Part shown: positions 13,018 to 26,885 of the stretch, in pieces
Layout: every line of letters begins with the position of its first letter
Numbering within the stretch: position 1 is the first letter of the stretch
Source: Octopus vulgaris
Lineage: Eukaryota
Length of the DNA: 64,000 nucleotides
Reading direction: 5' to 3'
Assembly (NCBI GenBank): GCA_951406725.2
Contig: OX597823.1
Span: 39,184,001 to 39,248,000, forward strand
The notes under the pieces: model-generated
Seen by the model: the letters and a program-made list of their open reading frames with translations, nothing else
Told to the model about the DNA's origin: nothing
Databases searched by the model: none
Made by a program: the position numbers and the translations under genes

Positions 13018-13248
13018 TTTTCCCCTCCCTAAATTAAAAAAAAAATTTTTCCTTTTCCAAATCTTGAAAATTTGCCTTGCAATAAAAACTGGTTTGATTT
13101 ATTATTTTTTCTTATTAATTTTTCATACACACATTTTTATTAAAATTTACTTTCAATTCAGCATTCTGCCTTGTTATAATTTTCCCTCTCCTATCATTTC
13201 TCCATGTGCGGTTAACACAACCCCACCATTTACTGACTTATATATATG

Positions 13249-13294
<46 letters not shown>

Positions 13295-13343
13295 ATATAT
13301 ATAATATTAATATACATATATGTATATATAATAGGCTTAAGCA

Positions 13344-13381
<38 letters not shown>

Positions 13382-13470
13382 TTGCATTTATGTTGTTTTT
13401 ATATTTCTACATTGATATGAACAAATCTGAACACCTAAGCATTAAAGTAGGTTAAAATACTGTTGCTTAC

Positions 13471-13661
13471 CACAGTTGTTTCTATTTTTATTGACAATCA
13501 CTTTCTGTTTAGGAAATGTAAACATTGAAGTGAACTTTATGGTTTCAGCATAGCACAAGTTATCATTAACTTGGATCACCACATTGCCATTGCGAATATG
13601 TTTTAGTTTGGTCAACCCCAGAAATTCAAGTTGTGTCTTCATAATGAAAAGGGATTTTCCT
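13471..13661 (-). CDS. EGFR: EGFR exon (end of domain III), 191 bp, phase 2-1
   Basis: cag|A GGA AAA; G|gtaagc. GKSLFIMKTQLEFLGLTKLKHIRNGNVVIQVNDNLCYAETIKFTSMFTFPKQKVIVNKNRNNC. Confidence 0.95.
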
Positions 13662-13677
13662 CTGAAAACAAAACAGA

Positions 13678-13742
<65 letters not shown>

Positions 13743-15803
13743 TGATAACGATTAGAAGAGGAATAATAAAGTCAACCTCAGTGGAGTTTGAACCTCAAAT
13801 GTAAAGAGCTTGAAGAAATGCTGCTAAGCATTTTATCTGATGCCTAACGATTCTGCCAGTTTGCTGCCTTATAATGATAATAATAATAATAATAGTTAGG
13901 AGGGCTCTGAAAGGGGTCTCAGGAAGTAGCATCCCTGCCTTCCTGAACTTGTTTTTCCATCACATTTCGTAAAAATCATGGTAGAAGCCTTGGTCTCAGG
14001 ACCACTCATGTCTAGAAACTGAGGTTGGGGATAAGCAAGGGCATGCTTCCTGTAGAAAATCCAGCTCCAAAAACGCCTCATGATAGCAAAGGAGAATGGG
14101 CACCAGCCAGCCAGCCAGCCAGCCAAATGGTTGGAGTGGGTTGCACCAGCCTACCTCAGTTGCTATGAGGTAGATCCAGCCACCCCTGTTAACGGGGACA
14201 AAACCCGGATTTAAAACACTGGATGAATAATAATAATAATAATCATCGTCATCATCATCATCATCATATTACATCTATTTTCCTTGCTGGCATGGATTGG
14301 ACAGTTTGACAGGATCCAACAGGCAGCAGGACTGTGTTGGGCCCCAGTGATATGATTTCTATGGCAGCATGCCCTTCCTTACAATGTGTAGTGGGTGCTT
14401 TTTATATGATACTGGTACTAATGAGGTCAGCATATAAGTTTGTCAGGAGGTTTTATTGATAAATGATTTTGTCAACCAAGAGAAGGCTTCAATTGGAATT
14501 CTGTACATGAAAATCAGAAAGCCATGTGTGAATGTAAGCTGTTGATAAACTATTCCAGAGAGATTCACATATCATGAATAAAAGAATTAAATAGTCCTAC
14601 AACTGGTTCTCAATACAGTGAAATTTAATCAATAAAAAGTGGTTTGCTATGGTCCTCTTGTCTTTTCTTTACACAAGTCGTTAAAGACATCACAATGAAA
14701 TTCAAGTTTGATTGATAAAAAAGGTGTACTGTCTTTTTGTTTTAAATGATTTTGATCCAAACAAGACTTGAAGCTTTGTAATATAAGGGATCACAAAGAA
14801 GAAAAAGAAGGATCCTACAAATTCAAAATATGTTGATTGATTCAAAGGTTAAAGGGATGAATTTCACAGTCCATAAGAAAACAAGATGATGGTATTGAGT
14901 TACAAAGAGTAGCAGTTTAGGGGAAAAAGCAATTAAAATAAAAGGACTTCTGACTAACAGAAAGCTAAACAGAAAAAACAGGGTGTCAGGAAAGAGAAAT
15001 GGATGATATGTTTAAATGTCTTGACAGAGGGTTCTGTCAAGGTTCTGTTCATCCAAGCCTTTAAAAACTTCACAATGAAGTTCAACTTTGACTGGCAAAC
15101 AGAAATTTGGAAGAGTAAAGTGTACATTTGAAAAAAAGACCAGAATGTTAGCAGAGATATAAAAAAAACAACAAAAAAACAAAAAGAGCAACAAAACACA
15201 AGGTGGGAAGGCATGACCAAGGTGTTGAAAAAGTGCAACTGGATCAGGGAAATATTTATTTCTGTGCAGTCAGGTGCAAACAGTTGGCTAGAGAAAACAT
15301 ACGTAGTGAGGATTTCTGGCAGAGTGACAAGGGTCATTATAGCTTTTAGGGTGCAACAAATGCATTTGGGTTTGTTCAGGGCAAAAGCAAGTATGAAGTG
15401 TTTTGACAGCTTGCTGTAAATATTTGATGGAATTCGTTATTACTGATCTAAGATATAATTGTTGTTGTATGTGGAATTAGTGATAGGATAATGAAAGATA
15501 AAGGGTTAATAAGAAGCCAGAAGTCTAGACAATAGCAGTAATTTAAGAAAGAGTGTGGGGGAGAGAAGGGAGACGAAGGAGAATAGGTGAGATAGAAAGT
15601 ATGGGAGGAAGAATGGATGAGATAGGAAACAAGAGAGAAGGGGAAAGCAAGTGATTGAGAGAGAGAGAGAGAGAGAGAGAAGATATAAAAAAGAGAGGAG
15701 AAGTGATATACAGAGTTTGGGGGTGGGCAGTGAATATTTAGATTTTCGTACACACATGCATATGTTCTTGCACTCATGCATGCACATACTTAAATAAACT
15801 TAC

Positions 15804-15971
15804 AGGACAGCTTCGTTTCGTCCACCAATGACTTTCAGGTTTTTTAAAAAGGAGAGATTCTTTAATTCCACAGGACTTTCCTGGATGGTTAAACGTCCAG
15901 TTATTTCTTGCACGCTGTTTAAGTTGTCAAGGTCTTTCAGATCTAGAGGCCCAGTTTTAAAACTAGGATCC
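15804..15971 (-). CDS. EGFR: EGFR exon (domain III), 168 bp, phase 2-2
   Basis: tag|G GAT CCT; CT|gtaagt. GDPSFKTGPLDLKDLDNLNSVQEITGRLTIQESPVELKNLSFLKNLKVIGGRNEAVL. Confidence 0.95.
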
Positions 15972-17042
15972 CTAAAATAAACAAGAACATGTCCTTCAAA
16001 ACATCATTCAAACATTAAAAGTTGCAACACAAAATCACCCTCTATTGAAGGCCCAAACATTGATTTCATAAATTCAAGAGGTGTAGTGTAAAAAAAATTG
16101 TATAAAATAGTCTGAAGAGGAGGATAGTGCATCTCCCTCCTTATCACCTACCAGCCCTCCAAAGCTTGAAGTTCATACCAGTTATGTTTAGCATGAATAT
16201 AACAGATCCAAGTCAATGTTTGCTGGAAAATTGTGGCTATGTGGATAAGAAGCTAGCTTCCCAACCACAATAGTCTTCTACTATCATATAATCCTGGACC
16301 AACCTAACTCTTGTGAGTGAATTTGATAGGTGGCAACTGAAAGAAGCCTGTTGTTTGTGTGTGTGTTTATGTGTGTGCGTGTGTATGTGTGTGTGCGTGT
16401 GTCTGTGTGTTTATGCATATATCTACATGTACAGCTGTGTATTATGCTTGCCTCCCACCACTACTTGACAACTGGTGTTGGTTTGAATACATTCCTGTAA
16501 CTTAGCAGTTTGGCAAAAGAGACTAATAGAATAAGTACCAGACTTAAAAAACAAGTACTGGGTCTATTTGCTTGACTAATACTCTTGAAGGTGGTGCTCC
16601 AGTATGGCTGCAGTCCAATGATTGAAACAAAAATATATAAGGCAAAAGGTAAATGATAAGGGCAGAATTCCAGAAAGATGAATTCTAGGAAAATGGTAGG
16701 GAAAGTTGCTGAGACAGAGGGAGTCAGTTAAATTAATCTCAGTATATGATTGGTATTAATTTTCGTCAACCCCAAAAGTTTGAAGGTAGAGTCAGAGAGA
16801 AATAAGACCACACTTGTGACAGAAAGTAATTTCCAAAAAGCATTTAGACAAGGATTCTCATCATCAACATCATGTAAAGATTGTTTTCCATGCTGGTATG
16901 GGTATAGTTATTTCCCTCCACTGATACTTCGAATACTTAGCCTTGTGAAAGGCATGAAAGCCACAACTGCTTTCCCCCTTTTCTACATGAAGCCAATAGG
17001 GTTTAAACAGTTATTACTGGATACTTCAAGCCATGGAAGGCT

Positions 17043-17196
17043 GAATGAAATAAATATATTTATCTTATAAATGCTGGGGATTCATAAATATTTACCTGAG
17101 AAAATGCTGGAGATGAATAAATATTTATTTTACAAGTGCAGGGAGTGAATAAATATTTATCTCACTAGTGCATAGTGTGAATAAATTTTTATCCTT
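17043..17196. repeat. Minisatellite of about 31 bp, about 5 degenerate copies
   Basis: Recurring GAATAAATATTTAT...TGC(T/A)GG units. Confidence 0.75.
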
Positions 17197-17198
17197 TA

Positions 17199-17255
<57 letters not shown>

Positions 17256-17308
17256 TTAAATTTTATTGGCCACAAGAACTCAACTTATACAAAAACAAAA
17301 CAACTTAC

Positions 17309-17414
17309 CCTTTAAATGTTACACCTAATATAATTAAATTGCCTTCGATAATGGTACAGTCTTTGAAAGAAGCAATGTTTTTTGAATTCAACCAAGCTGT
17401 AGTTCCATTGCAAG
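17309..17414 (-). CDS. EGFR: EGFR exon (start of L2/domain III), 106 bp, phase 1-2
   Basis: tag|CT TGC AAT; GG|gtaagt. TCNGTTAWLNSKNIASFKDCTIIEGNLIILGVTFKG. Confidence 0.95.
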
Positions 17415-19528
17415 CTAGAAAGAAATAGATTAACATTTTAGTATGGTACAATGGTTTATGATATTGTTAGGTAAAAGAAAGAGGGGGAAAAAGGTAGGTA
17501 AGTAGATAGTAGGTACACCGAGAAGGGGTAGATAGGTAGATAATTATCTACTTATCTAGATGCTTAGACACACACACACACACACACACCTAATTCATCA
17601 CCATTATTATCATCATCATCATCATTATCATCTGATATGTTTTCCATGCTGGCATGGATTGGATGGTTTAACAGGATCTGGTGCGTTGCAAAGCTGTCAT
17701 GTCTCAATGACAGCTTTGACAGAGTTCCTAAGGCTGAATACTCTTCTTCTTGCTAACTTTATAACAGTGTGTATTGGACACCTTCCTCATGGCATACACA
17801 TCTGTGAGGTCACCAAGTAACTTGTAAGACAAGAAAAGGACAAAAACAAAATGGAAAAAAAACCCTCTTGGCTAAGTGTGTATATGTGTGAGTTGTGTAT
17901 TTGGGAGAGAAAAGTGGCTTCATGCTTGGTATTGAGAGGCTAAAATATATATGATATATATATGATAGATAGACAAACACAGGTGTTTTGTTAAAGAGGA
18001 GATACACGGCTACCCAACAATATATTTGAATGGGTAGTGTTAACTGAGAAGAAGATAAAGATGGTAGAGATGGATGGAGTACCAGAACAAACTCACAGGC
18101 TACAGGAAGGTGAGTATAAGGGGAAATATGGGACAGTGAATTGGGATTGATGGTAAATTAATAAAAGTGTAAGGGGAGAGTAACAGAAGGTTAGAGATGA
18201 ATGTATTGAGTGACGAATAAGGGTGGAGGTGCAGGTGATGGGGAAATAACAGTATGGAAGGAGATAAGCTTGAGAAGGAGGATTGATCAGGAGATAGATG
18301 AATTGATGTGCAAAGTGCAGGAATGGTAGGGAGGAAAGATCTGTTTGGCTGTCACTTTTCAATCTCTTCAATTTTTGTTCCAGTTGATTTCGTATTTGGT
18401 GTAATGATGTAGTTTTGTATAGTAATCATGGGCATGAAATTCGCGTTCACCATAAATCAATAAATAAAGAGCTAACAGTTTTTAAAGTTTGCAAATTTGG
18501 GGTAATTTTAACCAATTTGAAAGCCACAGACATAGGTGCTTCTTTCCGTAGTAACAAATCATGTTGTTACTAAGCTGCTCACCCACGTGGTCATTTTTTG
18601 CTTATTAAATGCTTAAAACACATGAGGTATGAGATGGTCATGAGATGTGCTAAAAATAATAGCTGAATAGGCCTTAAATCAATGCACCAAAATTTCTTTT
18701 GGCTTTTGCATAATTATATGAATTCTCACATGTAAAATACAAATTCACATAAATTTTCTGAAATTTCCAAAAAATAAAAAAAGTTATGAGGGGTTATATG
18801 GCATGCATAAAGCAGAATTCCATCAATACTTCATTTGTTTATAGTTGATAACGCACAAAATGATAGCTTCCAAATCCTGTTTTCTGACTGGATAAAAATT
18901 ATCAAGCTTTAAACCTCTGTAAATTAAAAACAAAAATTTCTGGAAGTGAATTAGCCCCTGAGATTTGGCATGGAAAATTACATCAATACACCAAATTTTA
19001 AAATTTCCACAGGAGCAGCCAAACAGAAAAGATCTGAGATATTGTTTTTTTGATAGATAATTGCAAAGACTGAAGAATAAACAAAAAAAATGTATACTGA
19101 CAGATGTTAAAATTACATTTCAATTTATGGATCTATACTGTAACACATGAAAAATTAAAATGTAAAAATGGGAACAAAAATGCTCATAAAATAAAAATTC
19201 TCTTTTGTTGCTTATCTTATACTAATAATACTCATTGCTGCTTGCTTGGTCATGCTGAGCATGTCAAACAACCTTATATGGAATAACTCTTTGTCCCCCC
19301 ACTCTCACTGCCTATTACTTTTACTATACCCCCTGCTATACAATAACAATTAATAATTCACCTCCTCTATCTTTAACTCCTACCACTACAATTTCTGTAT
19401 CTGCACTTCTTCCTAATTTTACTACCATGGCTGTTGCCTACTCTGTGGCTGTTGTCTTCATTTAGAAGTAGGACTTGGATCAAGAAAAACATCACACATA
19501 GTGGCATGTGGTGTGTTTATTGATACAT

Positions 19529-19608
<80 letters not shown>

Positions 19609-19649
19609 GACACAGGTGCAGACTTGGCTGTGTGATAAGAAGCCAAGAC

Positions 19650-19806
19650 ATGCATGGCTGTGTGGTAAGAAGTTTGCTTCCCAACTACATGGTTCCAGGT
19701 TCAGTCCCACTGCGTGGCACCTTGGGCAAGTGCCTTCTACTGTAGCTTTGAACTGAACAAAGCCTTGTAAGTGGATTTGGTAGATGGAAACTGAAAGAAG
19801 CCCGTT
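19650..19806 (+). mobile_element. tRNA-derived SINE family B (representative copy)
   Basis: GGCTGTGTGGTAAGAAG..CCCAAC..GGTTCAGTCCCACTGCGTGGCACCTTGGGCAAGTG..GGAAACTGAAAGAAGCCCG. Many other copies, e.g. about 9528, 27712, 39049 and 49150 (+), and 30855-31192, 32660-33025 and 56660-57000 (-). Confidence 0.85.
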
Positions 19807-20498
19807 GATTGGAGCAATCTCGAGTATAACCAGCTGAAATTGCAAACATAATCTGGAACTCGACTGAGGAAAGAAAACTCTGAATGAGCCATCCTTGTTT
19901 TCTGTGTATCGTCTAAGATGTGGCTCATGTATAGGGTGTGACTCATCTATGGGGAGTGGATCATCCATATGCTGAGGATCATGTATGGGGTGAGACTGAT
20001 CTGTGGGATACATTTGATCTATAGGACATAGCTCGCCAATCAGATGTAGCTTATTTACAAAATGTTGCTTATTTATAGGATATTGTTTCCTTATAGGACA
20101 CTCTCTTCATAATGTATTTGTTTTCAAGAACTGTAAAATCAAAAATTAGATTGAAAGCAAAAACTGACTTCATTACCCCTTTAGCATTCAGATTATTGCC
20201 AAATGTAATACTTTTTCATTCACATTGATTTAAATTAATCATGCATTATTTTGTAGATTCGAAAATTTAACGATGTGATTGTATATTTATGAAATGACAT
20301 TGAAGAATATGTGTGTTTGGCTGGATCTGGTTGATTTGAACATAAAACAGGTAGCATATTTGGGCCAAATATGACTGGTTTAAATGTTGAAAAGTTAAGT
20401 AAGTTTCAGAAACATGGATTCTCCCCAACATTTATATATACATATAGATAACATTTATGGGTGAAACCAGCAAAAATGAAAGCTTTAAGTACACTTAC

Positions 20499-20600
20499 TC
20501 TTTGGACAAACTCCTTCACAGAGTACGCAGGTGTTGTTGACTGCTTGTTTGTTTGTAGGACATTTCCTTACACAAGCAGAATCATCTTTCAACATATGAC
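20499..20600 (-). CDS. EGFR: EGFR exon (end of domain II), 102 bp, phase 1-1
   Basis: cag|GT CAT ATG; A|gtaagt. SHMLKDDSACVRKCPTNKQAVNNTCVLCEGVCPK. Confidence 0.94.
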
Positions 20601-21249
20601 CTGTAATATCAGAGTTTATATAATATTGAAAGAATAGGTTTTAGAAACCAATAGCATATAATCATTATTATCATTTTAATATCTAATTTTTGAAACTTGT
20701 ATGGGCCAGACAAAATATCTTGAGGCAGATTTTCTGCAGCCTGATGATCATTTTAACCGGATAGAAAGCAAAGTAATATTTTCCCCTTGGTCTGTTTTCA
20801 CAGAAGATTGCAAATAAACAACATTGCATGTATGATTGTGATATTTGTTTACATTTAGTGTGCAATGTCAAGACAAGAACACACACAATACATACATACA
20901 TACATACATACATACATACATACATACATACATACATACATACATACATACATAAATATAAATATTGAACAATGATAATGAGTGCTCAACACTTCATTGG
21001 TGGATAAAGATTCTTTATTTTGTGTACTAAAGCTACCATTGGTTTCACGTTAAAGAATGCCTCAACAATTATCAAGCCTGTCACATGGAAACATTGGTGC
21101 TTGTCTCCATTTTGGAGTATGTATATATCTATTATTTTTAATCCAAAATGGAGACAGACACTGATGTTTCCACATGATAGTCTTGATAATTGCTGAGGTA
21201 TTTCTTATCATGAAACCAATTGTAGCCTCGATACACAAATAATAAATAA

Positions 21250-21254
<5 letters not shown>

Positions 21255-21290
<36 letters not shown>

Positions 21291-21415
21291 CATATATACA
21301 TACGTATATACATACATACACACACATATATATACATATATATACACACACACATATATATATACATACATACACACACATATATATACATATATACACA
21401 CACACACATATATAT

Positions 21416-21462
<47 letters not shown>

Positions 21463-21555
21463 CATACATACACACACACACACACATATATATATACATA
21501 CACACACACACACACACATATATATATACATACACACACATATATATATATACAT

Positions 21556-21586
<31 letters not shown>

Positions 21587-21737
21587 CATACACACACACA
21601 CACATATATATATATACATACACACACACACACACATATATATATACATACACACACACACACACATATATATATACATACACACACACACACACACATA
21701 TATATACATACACACACACACACACACATATATACAT

Positions 21738-21778
<41 letters not shown>

Positions 21779-21826
21779 CATACACACACACATATATATA
21801 TATATATACATACATACACACACACA
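21255..21826. repeat. Compound (TA)n/(CA)n/(TACA)n microsatellite
   Basis: Read directly; it produces the spurious MCVCVYIY ORFs. Confidence 0.95.
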
Positions 21827-22361
21827 TCTGACAAGCTTCTTGTTAATTTCCAACTACCAAACTCACTCATAATGTTTTGGCTAGCTTGAAGATATAGTAA
21901 AAGCCACTTGAACAAGATGCTGTGTACTGGGACTGAACCACATCTTGAACAAGTGTCTTCTACTTATTTTACAGTCTGGCCAAAATCTTGAGAGTGGCTT
22001 TGGTAGACAGAAACTGAATGAAGCCTGTTGGGTGTGTATGGATGTATGCACGGGTATGTGTATGTATGTCTGTGTGTGTGTGTGAGTGTGTGTGTGTGTG
22101 TGTGTTTACACTTGTGCTTCTCTGAAAGCCAATGAGCTACAAGTGATGGTGATGTTTACCTTGTCAACAAATCATCTGCTGGCTTTACCCCTTCAAAGAC
22201 GGGGAATAGAATGAGAAACCCCTTATTTTAAAAACAGGCAAGGGTTAGCAACAGGAAGAGTATCCACCTTTAAAACGATGCCACAATAATATATTTACCT
22301 GATCCATGCTATCATAGAAAATTGGACATAAAAGCAAATAAACAAATGAATTCTAACTCAC

Positions 22362-22503
22362 TTGGACAATCCTTAACACAAAGAGATCCATAAGAATATT
22401 TGTAGTTGGGATTCTTTTCCATCTCAAATGTAACGGTGTTATATTTAGTCATAGGAGGACAAAAAGCAACACATTCTCCTTCATTCCTGAATCTTCGACA
22501 AGC
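22362..22503 (-). CDS. EGFR: EGFR exon (domain II dimerization arm), 142 bp, phase 0-1
   Basis: tag|GCT TGT; A|gtgagt. ACRRFRNEGECVAFCPPMTKYNTVTFEMEKNPNYKYSYGSLCVKDCP. Confidence 0.96.
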
Positions 22504-23914
22504 CTACAATAAGGAGAAAAAAAAAAGCATTTGGTTTGTATTTGTTCATGTTTTTATATAATAACAACTGATATAAATGTTGGTTGGTTGGTTGGTTGGA
22601 TGATTGATTTTACAACTCACACTTTACAGCATAGAGATGGGGAAAAGAAAGGGAGAGTAAAGGAGAGACACAGAGTTAGCCTAACGGGTACTGAATGAGT
22701 GCTTAGTGGGAGGCAATGACTAGAAAAATGCCACACACTGTGAGAGAGAGAGAGAGAGAAAACAAAATCATCTCTGTATAATAATAGCTGACATTAGTGT
22801 TGGCTGGTTTGGTTGATATCTTTTGTCCTGGTTTACATTGAACAGGAAGTAGGCGGAGGGGGGAGGAGATTCAGAGAGACTTAACATAAGAAGTGAAAGA
22901 TGAGTGCACATTTAAGGTTTTGTGGCAGGCACAAAGTTTTTAAACTGGTAGAGCAGTCTCTATTTACCGAACATACTTTTATTCCACCAGGTGGCTATTT
23001 GTAATATCAGTGAATGTATTATTCACTGTTTCCTATCTATTGGAGGGAACAGATTCCATCCAGATGAGTAACTGCAAGTATACATTTTTGATAAGGCTCA
23101 AGATGGCTGAAATGCATCTGGTATTCTCATGAATAATTTTAAATCTCTCTTTGATACATATTGTTTTTAACACAAGTCATTGAAAAGATTTTATCTTGGA
23201 TGAAAACCACAGCATCATGCCTATCAATAGTGTATATCCATAATACATGGATGGTTATACATATATATTGTCTGTCTAGAGCAAATTCTGTATTTATGGT
23301 TGATAAGATTCAACTGGAAGAATTGTCAGAGTGCTGGGGAGATTGCATTGTGGTATTTGTTCTGGGTCTTTATATTCTCGGTTTAAATCCCACCAATGTC
23401 AACTTTGGCCGTCATCCTTTCAGGAATGGTGATAAAAACAAAACAGAACAGAAACACTCCAGATGGTGGTTTGGTGGAATAGCAAAAATGTTGGACCAGA
23501 TGCTTTGCAGCATTTGCTCTGGGTCTTTGTGTTCTGTGTTCAAATCCTGCCATAGCCCACACAGGTGGTGGATTTAACTCAGTTCAATCCCACTGCCTGG
23601 CACCATGAATGTCTTTAGTGGAGTCTACTCTGTTGAGAGCACTCAAATGAGGCATCCAATTTGTAGATACCATCTGCCCTCCTTTTCTCTCACTAGTCTC
23701 AGAGGCCCTATAATGGGTCATGGGTACTGACTTACTTCTAGACTGAAAGATATGAATACTAGAAAAATCATTCTGCAAATAAAAACACATACATCAATAT
23801 TGGGTGATAATTTCAAAAGAGAAAATGTTTCAACACACAGTTTCCCATCAACAATTTCAACCCCCACACACAATTGCACATATACAATGAGAAAGCTGGA
23901 GTGTAGTCACATAC

Positions 23915-24036
23915 CAAACAATCAGTATTCTTGGGTCCAGTACATCCACCAGCACATTCTGCATGGCAACATTGGTTTGGCAGTTTACCAAAACAGCGGT
24001 TGTCACAGGAAGCACTGCACACAGCACCCTGGCTTA
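23915..24036 (-). CDS. EGFR: EGFR exon (domain II), 122 bp, phase 1-0
   Basis: tag|TA AGC; TTG|gtatgt. [41 protein letters not shown]. Confidence 0.95.
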
Positions 24037-24433
24037 CTAAAGTGACAAAACAAATATAAAAATTTTTACTGGAAGGAAATGACAAAAATATTCAAAATTT
24101 AAAACATTTTTCAAGGAGAGATTTAGATGTTTATTATGTGTTCTTCCATGATGAAGCATTATTTGAGGCAAGACTTTATGAATGAATGCTTTCCTTCATC
24201 AACACTTAACTGTTTTACAAGTAAGGAATTTCTTTATTCCAAAGAAATTTGAACATGCAGAGTGATAGTTATGAGGAATGTCAACAATAGACACAACTAT
24301 GATCAATTGGTGAAAGCATGGCATGGAATATAAACACACATGCACATAAATACACACACATGCACATAAATACACACACAACGTATTCTCCTTGCTTGCC
24401 TACCCTACACCTGCCTGCCCTGTGTGTGTGTGT

Positions 24434-24502
<69 letters not shown>

Positions 24503-24541
24503 CATACACATATATACATACATATATATAAATATATACAT

Positions 24542-24573
<32 letters not shown>

Positions 24574-25359
24574 GACAAGCTTCTTTCAGTTTCCAGTATA
24601 TCAAATTCACTCACAAAGCTTTGGTCAACCCAGGGCTATAGTAGAAGGCTTGTCCAAGGTGCTACACAGTGGAACTGAACTTAAAACAATGTGGTTGAGA
24701 AGCAAACTTCTAAACCACACATCCATGTTTGAATCCAAAAAAGTCAGAATGCAATAATTTAACTGAAATATATTCTAAGAAAATTCTGGAACCACAAATA
24801 TTAGAGTGATATGTTTCTGTGACCTCTGCTGCCAGAACAAACAGATGCTTTCAAATTGCCATTCTTGACTGACTGACAACGTGTGTAGTATGGACATGAG
24901 GGTTTCAAGCCAGCCAATAAAGAGCTGTGCCTGTTTCACACATATCTGATTTAGTTTTGCTTTTGGTAGGCAATCTCATCAAACATATTTGCTTATGATA
25001 TCTACATTTGTTTATAATATCCACATTCATTTATAATATCCATTCTTTTATAATATCCACATTTGTTTACATTATCCATATTTATAAAGACTGAGCAGTG
25101 ACATGGTGAACCCAATTATGTGTGTATGTGTGCGTGCGTGCATGTGTGTTAGTGTGCATAGCAAATCTGGAAGCCAAACCAATGTTTGGCAGATAAGTCA
25201 CATACGATTTCTAATGCTTGATTTTTGTCAGTAAAGAAACAACACAAACACTCCACTCCACTCCACCCAACAAAATAACTACAAGTATGTAGTTTATGGA
25301 TTCACCTTTAGGTGTTATTCAAAAGGATATTTAAATAAAATAGGCTTGAAGTCCCTTAC

Positions 25360-25443
25360 ATTTTTGGCACATTTCTGGTCCTGCACCCCAACAATTCAGC
25401 TGGGCTGTGCTATTATGATAACAGCTACGATGACAGGGTTTAC
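25360..25443 (-). CDS. EGFR: EGFR exon (start of furin-like domain II), 84 bp, phase 1-1
   Basis: tag|GT AAA CCC TGT; T|gtaagg. CKPCHRSCYHNSTAQLNCWGAGPEMCQK. Too short to appear in the ORF track. Confidence 0.93.
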
Positions 25444-25599
25444 CTAAAAATATAAGAACATAAAAAAAAATAAAAATGGAACAAAATTCAGTATATAATT
25501 ACTTAATTAAATTTAAAACTCATTACATAAACAGAGAATCTGATTAGAAGTTAAAGTGAGAACATAAGCAAAACCATTAGTTTATATGCAAGCTGTATG

Positions 25600-26145
25600 C
25601 AATTTTTATGTAACCACAAAGTGCAAATGTCACAACCAAGTGTATATAAAGTGCATATGACCACGAATGTATATATAGAGTGAATATAATTGCCAAGGTG
25701 TATATAAAGTGCATGTCATCATCAAAATGTATTTAGAGTGCATTTAATCATGAAGGTGTATATAAAATGCATATAATCTACAAAGTGGCTTTGTGGTTAG
25801 GGGTATTTGGCTCACAATCATAAGGTTGTGAGTTCAATTCCTGATGGTGTGTTGTGTCCTTGAACAAGACACTTTATTTCACATTGCTCCAGTCCAATCA
25901 GCTGGCAAAAATGAGTTGTACCAGTAATTAAAGGGGCCAGCCATGTCATATTCCGTGTCATACTGAATCTCCCTGAGAACTACATTAAAGGTATGTGCGC
26001 CTCTGGAGTGCTTAGTTACTTGCATGAAAATTTCATGGGTAGGCTGTTCCATTGATTGGAACCCTTGTCATTGTAAACCAATGGAATGCCAGTAAAAAAA
26101 TGTATATAAAGTACATATAATTATCAAGGTGTATATAAAGTGAAT
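25600..26145. repeat. Minisatellite of about 26 bp (AAGGTGTATATAAAGTGCATATAATC-like) interrupted by a SINE at about 25785-26095
   Basis: About 7 units before and 2 after a family C tRNA-SINE. Confidence 0.75.
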
Positions 26146-26659
26146 GTTGCCACATGTTACTTTATATCAATTGTATACAACTTAGTTTTGTCTTGTTAAA
26201 CATAAAATACAGAAAGATCTTGTAATTAATATTGTAGCAGTGAAATGGTTCAGTTCTGTTGGGATCATCTGAATCATTGTCTTGTTTAATAATCAAGAAA
26301 ATGGTGGAGGAAATTAGCAGAAAATTCTCAAGAAGAACAGAGTTCTATTTGGCGTTATTTGTACTACTTGACTAAAATCTCTATCTTTTCAGCATTTCTT
26401 GAACTCATTGCAAACTGAAGTATGATGCAGTCCTCAGACTCATTGGATCCCCTCTCATTTCCAACCAAAGCCAGCATTAGAAAATGGATGTTAAAAGATG
26501 ATGAAATTTATATATAAATTAGACTATCTCAGCTTTGATAATAACCTACATAAGACTTTAAAATACATTCCTTTTAAATTAAAGGGAGTGTTTGCAGTAT
26601 TATATCATTCATTATCAATCTTAAGTATCCTAACACACACACAAATGATTTTATTTTAT

Positions 26660-26885
26660 TTTAAAGCAAAGACAATGCAAGGTATTAAAAATACAGGTCA
26701 ATGGTTTGTACTATTATCTGGTATTTCGATATTTTGGAGTTAGGAACCCTTTTTCAGGAAATCTTTGGAGAAAAAGTGAAGTCAGCTCACAACACCTTTT
26801 CTTTGAAGATTTCCTGAAACATTGAAATGTAAGACTACTAATCATTGACCTGTATTATGAATAATTGCATGGTTTTGGCTAAAAA
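26660..26885. mobile_element. Foldback/MITE-like imperfect inverted repeat
   Basis: AATACAGGTCAATG pairs with CATTGACCTGTATT; TTCAGGAAATCTT..AGAAAA pairs with TTTTCT..AAGATTTCCTGAA. Confidence 0.7.

Noticed and set aside
16112-16145. CTGAAGA followed by a GGAGG/CCTCC stem
   Set aside because: No GAAA or stem III follows; not a hammerhead.
19915-20095. ORF segment with a 6-aa periodic pattern (SHPIHDP..SHPIHEP)
   Set aside because: Degenerate minisatellite of about 18 bp next to a SINE. No splice signals link it to EGFR and the flanking exons already join in frame.
21062-21915. Long ORFs rich in YI/CV/TH/ER dipeptides (also 170-647, 43881-45228, 47805-50768, 52460-53482, 62804-63259)
   Set aside because: They are translations of (TA)n, (CA)n and (GA)n microsatellites, which lack stop codons in some frames.
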